Of a stretch of DNA of 48,367 nucleotides, positions 11,114 to 22,990 are shown in pieces. The notes beneath the pieces were generated by a model. The model did not search any database. It was not told where the DNA came from and saw nothing but the letters and a program-made list of their open reading frames with translations. Made by a program: the position numbers and the translations under genes. This DNA comes from Phycisphaerae bacterium (GTDB taxonomy: Bacteria > Planctomycetota > Phycisphaerae > Phycisphaerales > Phycisphaeraceae), in NCBI GenBank assembly GCA_963577635.1, contig CAUZBA010000001.1:1-48367 (forward strand), written 5' to 3'. The stretch's first letter is position 1. Each line of letters begins with the position of its first letter.

Positions 11114-11623
11114 GTGCCAGTGTTTCTGGCCGGCTGCGATCCGATGTGGAGCATAGGTCTGGAAACAACTACTTCAGCGCAACTTGATCCCAAATGTCTC
11201 GAATCTGCCATCAATTTACTTCCGGAAGTATCCGACGTGATCTATCGTGTTCATGGCGAACATCATTCGTATGGCTTATGGAGAGGTGCGACCTTGCATC
11301 CGGCGATTCACCAGTTCACTGTGCGAACTGATGATCTATGGGCTGCGGTCGAGGTGTCGCGTATTGAAGATGAGCCTCTCTTGCGGGTGTACAGACTTTG
11401 GGTTGGCAAGAAGCCAGCGCCCTGCGTCGTTGAACGTACGGGGACTCTACTCCGGATGATCTGCCGTGGTCTGGAGTCAAGATACGGAACTATCTCACCC
11501 CTGGACAGCGTCCCATTTCACTATCGCGGTATGGGATGGGACGAAGCGTACGGTGAAACACCAGGTCAATCCGCGTACGAGCAGCCAAGAAACGACGCTC
11601 ATACGCGTCAGACACATCCGTAA
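11114..11623 (+). CDS. hypothetical lipoprotein, 5' end out of frame with its likely ATG
   Basis: 169-aa ORF beginning VPVFLAGCDP (lipobox LAGC). The frame is open upstream to 11069 (..RLSLLALVPVFLAGC) but has no start codon. ATG 11080 is in another frame. No recognisable family. Low GC. Confidence 0.5.
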   Translation: MPVFLAGCDPMWSIGLETTTSAQLDPKCLESAINLLPEVSDVIYRVHGEHHSYGLWRGATLHPAIHQFTVRTDDLWAAVEVSRIEDEPLLRVYRLWVGKKPAPCVVERTGTLLRMICRGLESRYGTISPLDSVPFHYRGMGWDEAYGETPGQSAYEQPRNDAHTRQTHP

Positions 11624-11706
11624 GAGAATCGCGTCGAACCAATCCTCTCTCGGTGATCTCTGTGTCCTCTGTGGCGTATACCCCGATGCATGCCGGCGCG
11701 CCCTGC

Positions 11707-12779
11707 TCACGCACGCGCTATCCCGTGCGCCTCGGCCACGGCGGCGTTGGTGATTTTGCCGTCGCGCAGGTTCAGCGAGGCGGCGAAACCGGGGTCGTCG
11801 CGCACGAGGCGATCGGCGCCTTCGTTGGCCAGGCGTATCACGTAGCTTTGCGGCGCGTGGCACAGCGCCTGAGTGCTCGTGCGACCGACGGCTCCGGGCA
11901 TGTTTGTGACGCAGTAGTGCACGACGCCGTCGACGACGTACGTCGGATTCTGGTGCGTCGCGGCCCGGCTGGTTTCGACGCACCCGCCCTGGTCGATACC
12001 GACGTCGACGATCACCGATCCCGGCTTCATGTGGGACGGGATCTCGCGGCGGATCAGGATCGGTGTGCGCCCGCCGGGGATCAGCACGGCGCCGATGATC
12101 AGGTCGGCCTTGAGGGCGAAGTCTCGGATCGCGTGGGGGTCGGAGTAGACCTCGTACACGTTCGCGGCATCAACTCGTCGATGGACCGCAGCCGGTCGAG
12201 GTTGATGTCCATGATCGTCACGTTAGCGCCGAGTCCCGCCGCGTGTGAGCCCACGACCCCGGCGCCAAGGATCAGCGTTTCGGCCGGTTCCACCCCCGGA
12301 ACGCCGCTGAGCAGGATCCCCCGGCCCATCATCGGTTTCTCTAGGCACTTGGCCCCTCCCTGGATGCTCATGCGCCCGGCGACTTCGCTCATTGGCGTCA
12401 ACAGCGGCAAACGGACCTTGTCGTCGCTGAGCGTTTCGTACGCCATGGCCGTGATCCCGGCCTTCAGGCAGGCTTCGGTGAGCGGTCGATCGGCGGCGAA
12501 GTGAAAGATAAGGTGAACATGGTCGTCTGCGGCCGCGTCAGCGCGAGTTCGCTCGCGATCGGCTCTTTGACCTTCACGATCAGTTCGGCACGGTCAAAGA
12601 TCTCATCGTGATCGCTGACGATGTGCCCGCCGGCGCGGCGGTACTGCTCGTCTTCGTACCCGCTGCCCACGCCACCTTCGAACAGCACTTCGTGGCCGCT
12701 TCCTTGATAATTTCCACACCTACTGGCAGCATCGAGACGCAATATTCATCCTCCTTCAGTTCGCGGGGGATGCCGATGA

Positions 12780-12783
<4 letters not shown>
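11707..12783 (-). pseudogene. ald: alanine dehydrogenase, broken by three frameshifts
   Basis: Four consecutive minus-strand ORF pieces, in frames 0,1,2,0 (coordinate mod 3), together spell a full Ald. The pieces are [23 protein letters not shown] / GHEVLFEGGVGSGYEDEQY..KVKEP..TMFT / HFAADRPLTEACLKAGITAMAYETL..MSEVAGR..LGAGVVG.. / NVYEVYSDPHAIRD..VDVGIDQGGC..HYCVTNMPGAV. The ATG at 12783 overlaps the carB stop (ATGA). Confidence 0.85.
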
Positions 12784-16526
<3,743 letters not shown>

Positions 16527-16582
16527 TCAGAGAATGTTGTGATGTCCCAATCCCGCAACGATGTCGATGGAGCCGGCGCCTG

Positions 16583-17068
16583 TCACTCGTGGACCTCAAT
16601 GATGTCCGCTTTCAGCGTGTCCATGTCGAGAACCGCGACGGTGCAGCGATCGGTGACCCACCCGCAACACTCGCCCGGATTGAGCAGCAGCGTTCCGTTG
16701 CGCGTGTCGTTGACGACCTCGTGTGTGTGCCCAGTGATCACGACATCTGCCGACTGCACGTCGTCGGCGGCCAGCGACTCGATCCAGTGGAGCATCACGA
16801 TTTTCTTGCCGCCGAGTGTGACGCGCAGCGGGCCTTCAATTACGTCCGGCAGGATGGCCTTCAGCCCCTTTCGCTCGCCGTCGTTGTTGCCGTAAACGCA
16901 GTGCAGGGGCATCGGCAACTCCGACGGCGTGATCAGCTTCGCGGCGAACGGCGCCACGAAATCGCCTGCGTGGAACAGGGCGCCAACGTTCAGGCGTTTG
17001 AATAGGGCGACGGCACGACGAAACGTCGTGAGCCGATCGTGGGTGTCACTGAGGACGCCGACTTTCAT
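16583..17068 (-). CDS. YfcE/MJ0936-family metallophosphoesterase
   Basis: MKVGVLSDTHD, GDFV, GNND and GHTH motifs in the canonical order; 161 aa. Confidence 0.85.
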   Translation of the reverse strand: MKVGVLSDTHDRLTTFRRAVALFKRLNVGALFHAGDFVAPFAAKLITPSELPMPLHCVYGNNDGERKGLKAILPDVIEGPLRVTLGGKKIVMLHWIESLAADDVQSADVVITGHTHEVVNDTRNGTLLLNPGECCGWVTDRCTVAVLDMDTLKADIIEVHE

Positions 17069-17327
17069 GTCTGTACAACCGAGTCCGAGTGGCCCGAAAT
17101 GATATCAACCCCCGCGTTCGACGTCGAAGACAGGCCGAGGCCCGATCTCGGAGTGGATCCGCGTCGAATCAACTGCCGTCACGGCAGCGGCCGACGCCCG
17201 ATTCGGCCCGGTTCCACCGTGACGAACGGAGGCAGTGGAATTTCGTCCACGCCGCCACGTGATTTTGGCGTATAATTCCGGAGTATCGTCTCGGTGGGAG
17301 GCAGTGTCGTCGGTAGCGGAGATCACC

Positions 17328-17579
17328 ATGGCGATCTACAACTTTCACCGCGTGCTGATCGCCGCGGCGATTCTGTTCGATTTCGGTTTCACGTTCTGGG
17401 CGATCCAACAGTACCGCTGCACCGACGACGGCCAGCAGCTGATCCTCGCGGTGCTGTCCTCCGCTGTCACGCTGGCGCTGGTGGCCTACCTGGTCTACTT
17501 CAACCGCACCCTGGCCGTCCTTCGCTACGCCGGCGGGATTGATCAGAAAGCAAAGGGTGTCGAAGAACAGGACCATTGA
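17328..17579 (+). CDS. small two-TM membrane protein, unknown function
   Basis: ATG at 17328 follows GGAG. The product starts MAIYNFHRVLIAAAILFDFGFTFWAIQQY and has a second hydrophobic span, LILAVLSSAVTLALVAYLVYF. Confidence 0.5.
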   Translation: MAIYNFHRVLIAAAILFDFGFTFWAIQQYRCTDDGQQLILAVLSSAVTLALVAYLVYFNRTLAVLRYAGGIDQKAKGVEEQDH

Positions 17580-17642
17580 ACTGCGCATTAGAGCCGCAGC
17601 CACGCACGCCGTTCCCTTGCTTTTCTGTCTTCTGCCCCTCCC

Positions 17643-17960
17643 ATGTCCGACAGGCTCACACAACTTACCTTCCTGCACGAAGCGGACCCTACCGACCCCT
17701 TCTGCACTTACGGTATCGCCATGGAGCACGAGAAAGCCGGCCGCCACGACGAGGCTGTCGATTGGCTGAAAAAAACAATCGAGATCGACCGTACCTATTG
17801 CTACGCCTTCTACCACATGGCGAAGATCCACAGCGACTGCGGTAACGACGACGAGGCCCGGCGCGTTCTGGACGGCGGCATGCAGGCCGCACGAACCAGC
17901 GGCGACGAGCACGCCTTATCTGAGATGCAGGAGTTGTTGGAAGCCCTGGACGAGTCCTAG
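17643..17960 (+). CDS. small TPR-like repeat protein
   Basis: 105 aa. TPR-like helical pairs (YGIAMEHEKAGRHDEAVDWLKKTIEIDRTYCYAFYHMAKIHSDCGNDDEARRVL). Confidence 0.6.
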   Translation: MSDRLTQLTFLHEADPTDPFCTYGIAMEHEKAGRHDEAVDWLKKTIEIDRTYCYAFYHMAKIHSDCGNDDEARRVLDGGMQAARTSGDEHALSEMQELLEALDES

Positions 17961-17973
17961 CTCGGACGAGTTC

Positions 17974-18362
17974 GGGGGCGCCAAGAACGAGGCACGAAGG
18001 CCGTCGCGACCGAAGAGGGAGCGACGGAAGTCACTGCTGGGTATCTCGATTGAACCTCAGGTGACTCCACAATTCTGTCATCTATAGCGGTTTGAATCCA
18101 AACGTAGCGTCATGAACTGGCTACAGCCGCGCCTGGCTTTGTCGTGCTGCATCGACGACCCGCAGCGGGGTCGCCTGCTTCGCCCTCCGCGCCAGACTCA
18201 GCGATGCCGACGCTCAAGACGCTACGTTTGGATTCAAAACGCTCTAATGGAACATCAGAAACCAGGCGCGATACTGGATTCCGCCGCTCGACAGGGGAGC
18301 AAGGCATTCCGTCACTCGCGGTTTACTCGTGACGGCCCCCTTCGTGCCTTCGTGCCTGGTTC
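17974..18362. repeat. foldback element G (~55-nt imperfect arms) carrying a nested family-A element
   Basis: Left arm GGGGGCGCCAAGAACGAGGCACGAAGGCCGTCGCGACCGAAGAGGGAGCGACGGAAG. The right arm reverse-complements to GAACCAGGCACGAAGGCACGAAGGGGGCCGTCACGAG..GCGAGTGACGGAATGCC. Copy B (18084-18246) lies in the loop. Confidence 0.7.
18084..18246 (-). repeat. ~160-bp stem-closed intergenic element (family A, copy B)
   Basis: Arms AGCGGTTTGAATCCAAACGTAGCGTC and GACGCTACGTTTGGATTCAAAACGCT: 26 positions, 25 Watson-Crick pairs and one G-A mismatch. The core CTGGCTACAGCCGCGCCTGGCTTTGTCGTGCTGCATCGACGACCCGCAGCGGGGTCGCCTGCTTCGCCCTCCGCGCCAG is the reverse complement of the copy A1 core. Confidence 0.85.
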
Positions 18363-18385
18363 AAAGCCAGAGATTTGTTCATAAT

Positions 18386-18898
18386 TTACACGCCGTAACG
18401 TTCAACCACTTCATCCCACCTCCCCTGCGCTCGCAGAATGTGTTCGATCGCGTCGCGCCCAGCCCCGCATCCGCCGTTGCAGCTTGTGACGTAGTGGGCT
18501 TCGGAACGAACGTCCTCAACGGCGTCGGCGACGGCTATGGGGTAGCCGCAGCGCAGCATCGCGGGCAGGTCGATCAGGTCGTCGCCGACGTAGGCGACGT
18601 CCTCCGGCAGCACGCCGGCCTGCTGGCAGAGCGTTTCGAATGCCGTGGCCTTGTCGTGTGCACCCTGGATGACAAGATTCACGCCCAACTCCGCCATCCG
18701 CAGTGTCACGGCGGGCGTCGAGCGCCCCGTCAGGATGCCGATCTGCAGCCCCACGGACATCGCGGCACGTATCGCGAAGCCGTCGCGCACGTGGAAGCGT
18801 TTCGATTCGGTGCCACGGTCGTCGACATAAATACCGCCGTCGGTCAGAACGCCGTCCACATCGAAGACAATAAGCTTGATGTCGGTGGGGCTGGACAT
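18386..18898 (-). CDS. kdsC: 3-deoxy-D-manno-octulosonate-8-phosphate phosphatase (HAD-IIIA, YrbI family)
   Basis: MSSPTDIKLIVFDVDGVLTDG...GILTGR...HDKA...VGDDLIDLP...GGCGAGRDAIEHIL. The ORF extends to ATG 18919, but those 7 codons lie in a repeat arm. Confidence 0.85.
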   Translation of the reverse strand: MSSPTDIKLIVFDVDGVLTDGGIYVDDRGTESKRFHVRDGFAIRAAMSVGLQIGILTGRSTPAVTLRMAELGVNLVIQGAHDKATAFETLCQQAGVLPEDVAYVGDDLIDLPAMLRCGYPIAVADAVEDVRSEAHYVTSCNGGCGAGRDAIEHILRAQGRWDEVVERYGV

Positions 18899-18902
18899 CT
18901 TA

Positions 18903-18935
18903 AGAAGGCACGGAGGCATTGAGGCACGGAGGCAC
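18903..18935. repeat. solo purine-rich arm related to element G
   Basis: AAGGCACGGAGGCATTGAGGCACGGAGGCAC repeats the GGCACGAAGG unit of 17990-18000 and 18330-18350. No partner arm on its right, where the IS remnant begins. Confidence 0.5.
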
Positions 18936-19074
18936 TAGCCCGCATTTCTCACCAGGGTAGCGGCTCATCGGGAGTTTGGCCTGATCGTGATGCTCGTGAT
19001 GCCACGGGCGAACGGATCGCGCGGTGGGGTTCGGTGGTGTTGAATTGTCCGGGTTCGGGGTTGCGAGGGGTTGA

Positions 19075-19278
19075 TTAAAGTTGCACAGGACCTGCTCTGG
19101 TCAGATTGTTCCATATCTGGGCGAACAGGTGCTGGTAGGGGTAGCTGTGGCTGAACGCGACCCATACCTTGCGCACCGTCACACGGATGTGGGCACCGAT
19201 CTTGAACAGCCGCAACCGAATGGTGGTGCACTGGGCTTTGGCCATCGCCACCCGGCGCACTTTTACTCCGCCCTTCAC
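19075..19278 (-). mobile_element. IS1380-family transposase, C-terminal remnant
   Basis: The 67-aa ORF ..AKAQCTTIRLRLFKIGAHIRVTVRKVWVAFSHSYPYQHLFAQIW.. matches the conserved IS1380 transposase C-terminus. An in-frame stop lies just upstream, at about 19285-19287. Confidence 0.7.
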
Positions 19279-19506
19279 AAACGACTAGAGCAGAGCGCAG
19301 CCCGTATCCGAGCGACCCAACGATGACCAATTAACACCGACGCGGAAGTGCACCGTTACGAGCGATCTGGAAGGAGGCGGCAGATCGGCCGATGCGAGGG
19401 ACGGTGGAGCAAGACTCTACTAGTCCCCTGCCGCGGACCTGCACCGGACCCCGCGCGGCTGTTCATTACGAAGGTGCTGTCCGGCCGGCCGTCAAGCCGA
19501 TGATGG

Positions 19507-20205
19507 TCAGACAGGCGCTAACAGCATGGCCAGCGTGGATGGGAATCTATCGTGATGGGCTGGGCATTCCCCTACGTCCATGCCTCTACCGCCGAAGTAC
19601 ATGACACCGAGCTTAGTCATCGCCGTTGCATGTCCTAGTTTGGCAGCCTTTTGATACCACTTGACGGCTTCCTCGTAATCTTCGATCACGCCTAGGCCAG
19701 ACTCGTATATGGAATCGAGGTTGGCCATCCCCTCCGCATTGCCCAAGACAGCAGCCTTTCGAAACCACTTTCCGGCTTCCGTGAAGTCTTGTATCACACC
19801 TTCGCCGTTGTGGTACATGGCGCCGACCTTGAACAGCGCCTCCGCATTTCCCAGATCAGCAGCCTTTTGACACCACCTGGTGGTTTCCTCAAAGTCTTGA
19901 GTTATTCCCGTCCCCGCGTAGTACATGCCTCCGAGGAGGACCATCGCCTGTGCATCTCTCAGTTCCGCAGCCTTTCGCCACCACTTGATGGCTTCCTTGT
20001 AGTCCCTAGTGACACCTAATCCGGATGCGTAGCTGAGACCGACGTAAGTCATCGCCCTCGGATCTCCCGATTTCGCTTCGACGAGTTCCCTTTCATAAGT
20101 TTCGACCAAGATGTTCTTGCTATTCTTCTGGCCTTGAGCAATCACGCTGTCAACGCAGAGCAGACTCAATGTCAGAACGATGGGAGTGAGGTGAGTGGTT
20201 CTCAT
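19507..20205 (-). CDS. secreted Sel1-like repeat (SLR/TPR) protein, 3' end probably truncated
   Basis: ATG at 20205 gives signal peptide MRTTHLTPIVLTLSLLCVDSVIAQG. Five Sel1 units follow (G.GV..D..EA.KW..KAA..G...A). The last unit breaks off into unrelated sequence (GGRGMDVGECPAHHDRF...). GC is ~48-50%. Confidence 0.8.
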   Translation of the reverse strand: MRTTHLTPIVLTLSLLCVDSVIAQGQKNSKNILVETYERELVEAKSGDPRAMTYVGLSYASGLGVTRDYKEAIKWWRKAAELRDAQAMVLLGGMYYAGTGITQDFEETTRWCQKAADLGNAEALFKVGAMYHNGEGVIQDFTEAGKWFRKAAVLGNAEGMANLDSIYESGLGVIEDYEEAVKWYQKAAKLGHATAMTKLGVMYFGGRGMDVGECPAHHDRFPSTLAMLLAPV

Positions 20206-20284
20206 AATGTCAATGAAACACGAATCATGCCAACGTGCTATTGTAATTTTCACGAGTATCGTTGATAGCGTATTGTCGTAGATT

Positions 20285-20301
20285 ATCACAAGGCTTGTGA
20301 T
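20285..20301. promoter_or_regulatory. 8-1-8 perfect palindrome ATCACAAG-G-CTTGTGAT upstream of the Sel1 gene
   Basis: Read directly. It lies ~80-95 nt upstream of the Sel1 start on the minus strand. Candidate operator only. Confidence 0.3.
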
Positions 20302-21324
20302 CCGCAAGGACCAAGAGATGCAAATCGCAGGATGTCACGGACGAGTACGTATTGTTGCCTGTGCCCTCATCGCGTGCTTAGTCGTTGTGGTGTATATTTA
20401 GGTTTCGCTCAATCCAGATCCGCTGCCTGCTACACGAACCAATGCCGCTTCGTCGCAAGCAACACGCGTGCAGGACCCCTTCGTCGAGATTGTTCATGCA
20501 GTGCGATTCGCGGTGCGGGTGCGCTGGTCGCACCCAAAACCGCACGCTTCCCACTGCCGACCCGAGACAATTACGTTGTCACGACCCTTGGCCACCAACG
20601 ATACGCCGTCGCGGGATCAGTTACTGCACGAAATAGATTCAACGCTCCGCTGACGCAGAATTGGGTCTGTCACGCTCAGTTTGATGGCGACCAGATTAGG
20701 CCCACCTACATTCAAGTCGGAGGCGAGGTACTCCATAAGTCTGAATGACGGGAAGTGTTTAGCGCGAGGGTCTCTCAATCTAAAGTGAAGCTGGCTCTTC
20801 AGCATGCCCGTGTCGCTTTTCGCAGCCACGCGACCGACACACTCGATGGCACATTGCGCGACTCTCGTCGTACCCTGTGAAGGTATCTAGCTGAGGCGCA
20901 CTGACACCTGCTAACCAGGAATGATCGGGTGAGTACTGGTCTTGGATTGAAGGTGAAGGGCCCGAAATCGCGGTCTGTCCGTGGATCGCCCAGTCGGGGA
21001 CCTTACCGTAGACGATAGGCCCGTATTGTCGACCAGATACCGCGCCGGAGCCGCGACAAGAGTCGCTTCCATTAGGGATGGCCAACTCCGGCAGCCGGCT
21101 TACAACCGATCCTCGTGCGATCGTAGGCAAGCTGGTTTTACTGATCGCCTCTGCCTTCTTCCTAGACCTTCCCAGTCAAACTTTGTGATCCACCGACACG
21201 ATCCCACTCTGGCCATAGGTGTGTAATTACACGCTTTCGCCTGCGAATAGCACAAGACGCGCGAGACTTGCAAGTCTTACAAGAGCGGGTTATCACTTGT
21301 TATATTCAGAGGTTAAGGATCTCG

Positions 21325-21606
21325 TCAAATGGCGACGTTTACTGATCGGCCCGCGACCTGCATCGGCTCGTAGCCTGCGAGCCGACTGTATACCGATTGC
21401 CGCAACAATCCGACCAACTCATGTTGCGTGTTCTTGCCTCGGCGCGAATCGCGAAAGACTTTGCCCATTTTCGTTAGTCCCAGCGCTTCGTCGAGTTCGC
21501 GATAGGCGACCAGGCCCGCATCGCTCGTGACGGCTGCGCCGTGGAACTCCAGTTTGATTCGACTGTCAAATTCGACCCGTAACGCGTCCTTGCGTGCGCC
21601 ACCCAT
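21325..21606 (-). mobile_element. IS1380-family transposase, N-terminal remnant
   Basis: The 93-aa ORF ..FHGAAVTSDAGLVAYRELDEALGLT...HELVGLLRQSVYSRLAGYEP.. matches the conserved N-terminus of IS1380 transposases. The catalytic middle (~300 aa) is absent. Confidence 0.7.
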
Positions 21607-21718
21607 TGGATGCTCCTGCTTGGCCGGGGTTGAAGTGCAGAAAACACTTGTATTACGCAGCCAAACACATCACGGTTCTACCAACCGCAGAATCTATCTG
21701 GGAAATCCAGGTTAATGC

Positions 21719-22747
21719 CTATCCCTCAATGACCTTCAACGTCATGAGATCCTGGACGTCGATCAGGCCCAGAGGAATGTTGTTCTCGTCCACGACCGGT
21801 ATCTCGTCGATCCGAAGCTCGCGGACCAGTTGGACGGCGTCGCGTACCAGCGCGGCGGGTCCGAGGCTGTGGGGATTCGCGGTCATAACCACGTGGATCG
21901 GTTCGTCGAGGGCCCGATCGCCGTCGCGCAGCATCATGCGTCGCAGGTCTGCGTCTGTAAAAATGCCGCAGAGCTTGCCTTGGCCGTCCACGACCAGCAG
22001 CGCTCCGGCACGGCGCACGCCGGGCGCCTCGCTGTCTGCGCTGCGGTAGGCATCGCGCACGGCCATATCGCGGTTCACCAGCGGCAGGTTTTCGCCGACC
22101 CGGAAGCGCATCGCATCCACCACCGGCATCAGTTGGCGACCCAGTGCCCCACCGGGGTGCACTTTTTGAAAGTCTTCGACGCCGAACTGGTGGCGGCGGC
22201 TCACGCACAGGGCCAGGGCATCGCCCATGGCCAGCGTCGCGGTCGTGCTGGCTGTCGGTGCCAGGTTCATCGGGCACGCCTCGGTCACGTCGCCGAGACA
22301 GAGTGCGACGGTCGACAGTCGGCCCAGGTCGCTGTCATCGCTTCCCACAATGGCGATCACAGGAACATTGTCCTGCCGCAGGTGCGTGACCAGGCAGACC
22401 ACCTCTTCGGTGTTGCCGCCGTAGGAAAGGGCCAGAACGACGTCGTCGCGGCGCACGCGGCCGAGGTCGCCGTGCAGCGCGTCGGTCGGGTGCAGCACGT
22501 GGCTGGGGGTGCCTGTCGATGCGAACGTCGCGGAGATTTTCTGACCGACAAGCCAGCTCTTGCCCAGGCCCGTCACGACGACCGCGCCGGCGGTATTCAG
22601 GATCAACTCCACCGCGGCGTGGAACGGTTCGCCGATGCTCAGGCGCCTTATGGCCTCGGCCTCGGCTTCCAGAACCCGTTCGGCGAACGCAGCCTGGTCG
22701 TCGCGTGCTTCGCTCACGTCGTCCTCAACGGCGGTTTGTCGGGCCAT
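21719..22747 (-). CDS. kdsD: arabinose-5-phosphate isomerase (SIS + tandem CBS), KdsD/KpsF
   Basis: C-terminal 342 aa of ORF 21719..23905, starting at ATG 22747. SIS motif VVVTGLGKSWLVGQKISATFASTGTPS, and two CBS domains at the C-terminus. The upstream part of the long ORF is antisense to scpA. Confidence 0.9.
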   Translation of the reverse strand: MARQTAVEDDVSEARDDQAAFAERVLEAEAEAIRRLSIGEPFHAAVELILNTAGAVVVTGLGKSWLVGQKISATFASTGTPSHVLHPTDALHGDLGRVRRDDVVLALSYGGNTEEVVCLVTHLRQDNVPVIAIVGSDDSDLGRLSTVALCLGDVTEACPMNLAPTASTTATLAMGDALALCVSRRHQFGVEDFQKVHPGGALGRQLMPVVDAMRFRVGENLPLVNRDMAVRDAYRSADSEAPGVRRAGALLVVDGQGKLCGIFTDADLRRMMLRDGDRALDEPIHVVMTANPHSLGPAALVRDAVQLVRELRIDEIPVVDENNIPLGLIDVQDLMTLKVIEG

Positions 22748-22990
22748 GTACACGTCCCTACGCGAACCCGATCGTTTTCCGCACGGGTGCCGCACCACGG
22801 TTGAAGCGATCGGCATGGCGAATCGCGGCCGAGCGTGCATGACAACATTGTGCGACTCCACGCGGTCCGAGGTGATACGATAGGGAGGATAGTTCGTGAA
22901 TGGCGCTACTTGCCGAGGGCCATTATCGTGCCGCCGGCACGAACCGGCAAGGCTGTCCAGGACGGGTGGATCGGCCCGATAATTCCGAAG

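Larger units (their letters stand above)
10919..11684. repeat. foldback element with ~670-bp low-GC cargo (F1)
   Basis: Left arm GGGGGGCGCCACAGAGGTCACAGAGGGTTCAGAGAAGAGCGGG (10919-). The right arm reverse-complements to GGGGTATACGCCACAGAGGACACAGAGATCACCGAGAGAGG (-11684). The interior is ~50% GC against >60% in the flanks and holds one ORF. Confidence 0.7.

Noticed and set aside
18086-18110. tRNA-like T-loop sequence GGTTTGAATCC in the arms of family-A copies. I also made a general scan for tRNAs.
   Set aside because: No acceptor stem, anticodon arm or D-arm can be drawn around it, and the motif is part of the long closing stem. I found no convincing tRNA, rRNA, tmRNA or RNase P signature anywhere in the window.
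20332-21130. ORFs 20332..20748(+), 20617..20829(-) and 20780..21130(-) in the low-GC island.
   Set aside because: They overlap one another on both strands, lack SD/start context, and give products I cannot assign to any family. They may be fragments of a decayed gene, but nothing here can be supported as a CDS.
19063-21645. Similar sequences GGGGTTGA..AGT(T)GCACAG near both IS1380 fragments, considered as the IS terminal repeats.
   Set aside because: They are in direct rather than inverted orientation relative to each other, and one overlaps the transposase stop codon. This is not consistent with IS1380 IRL/IRR, and the true IS ends could not be identified by eye.
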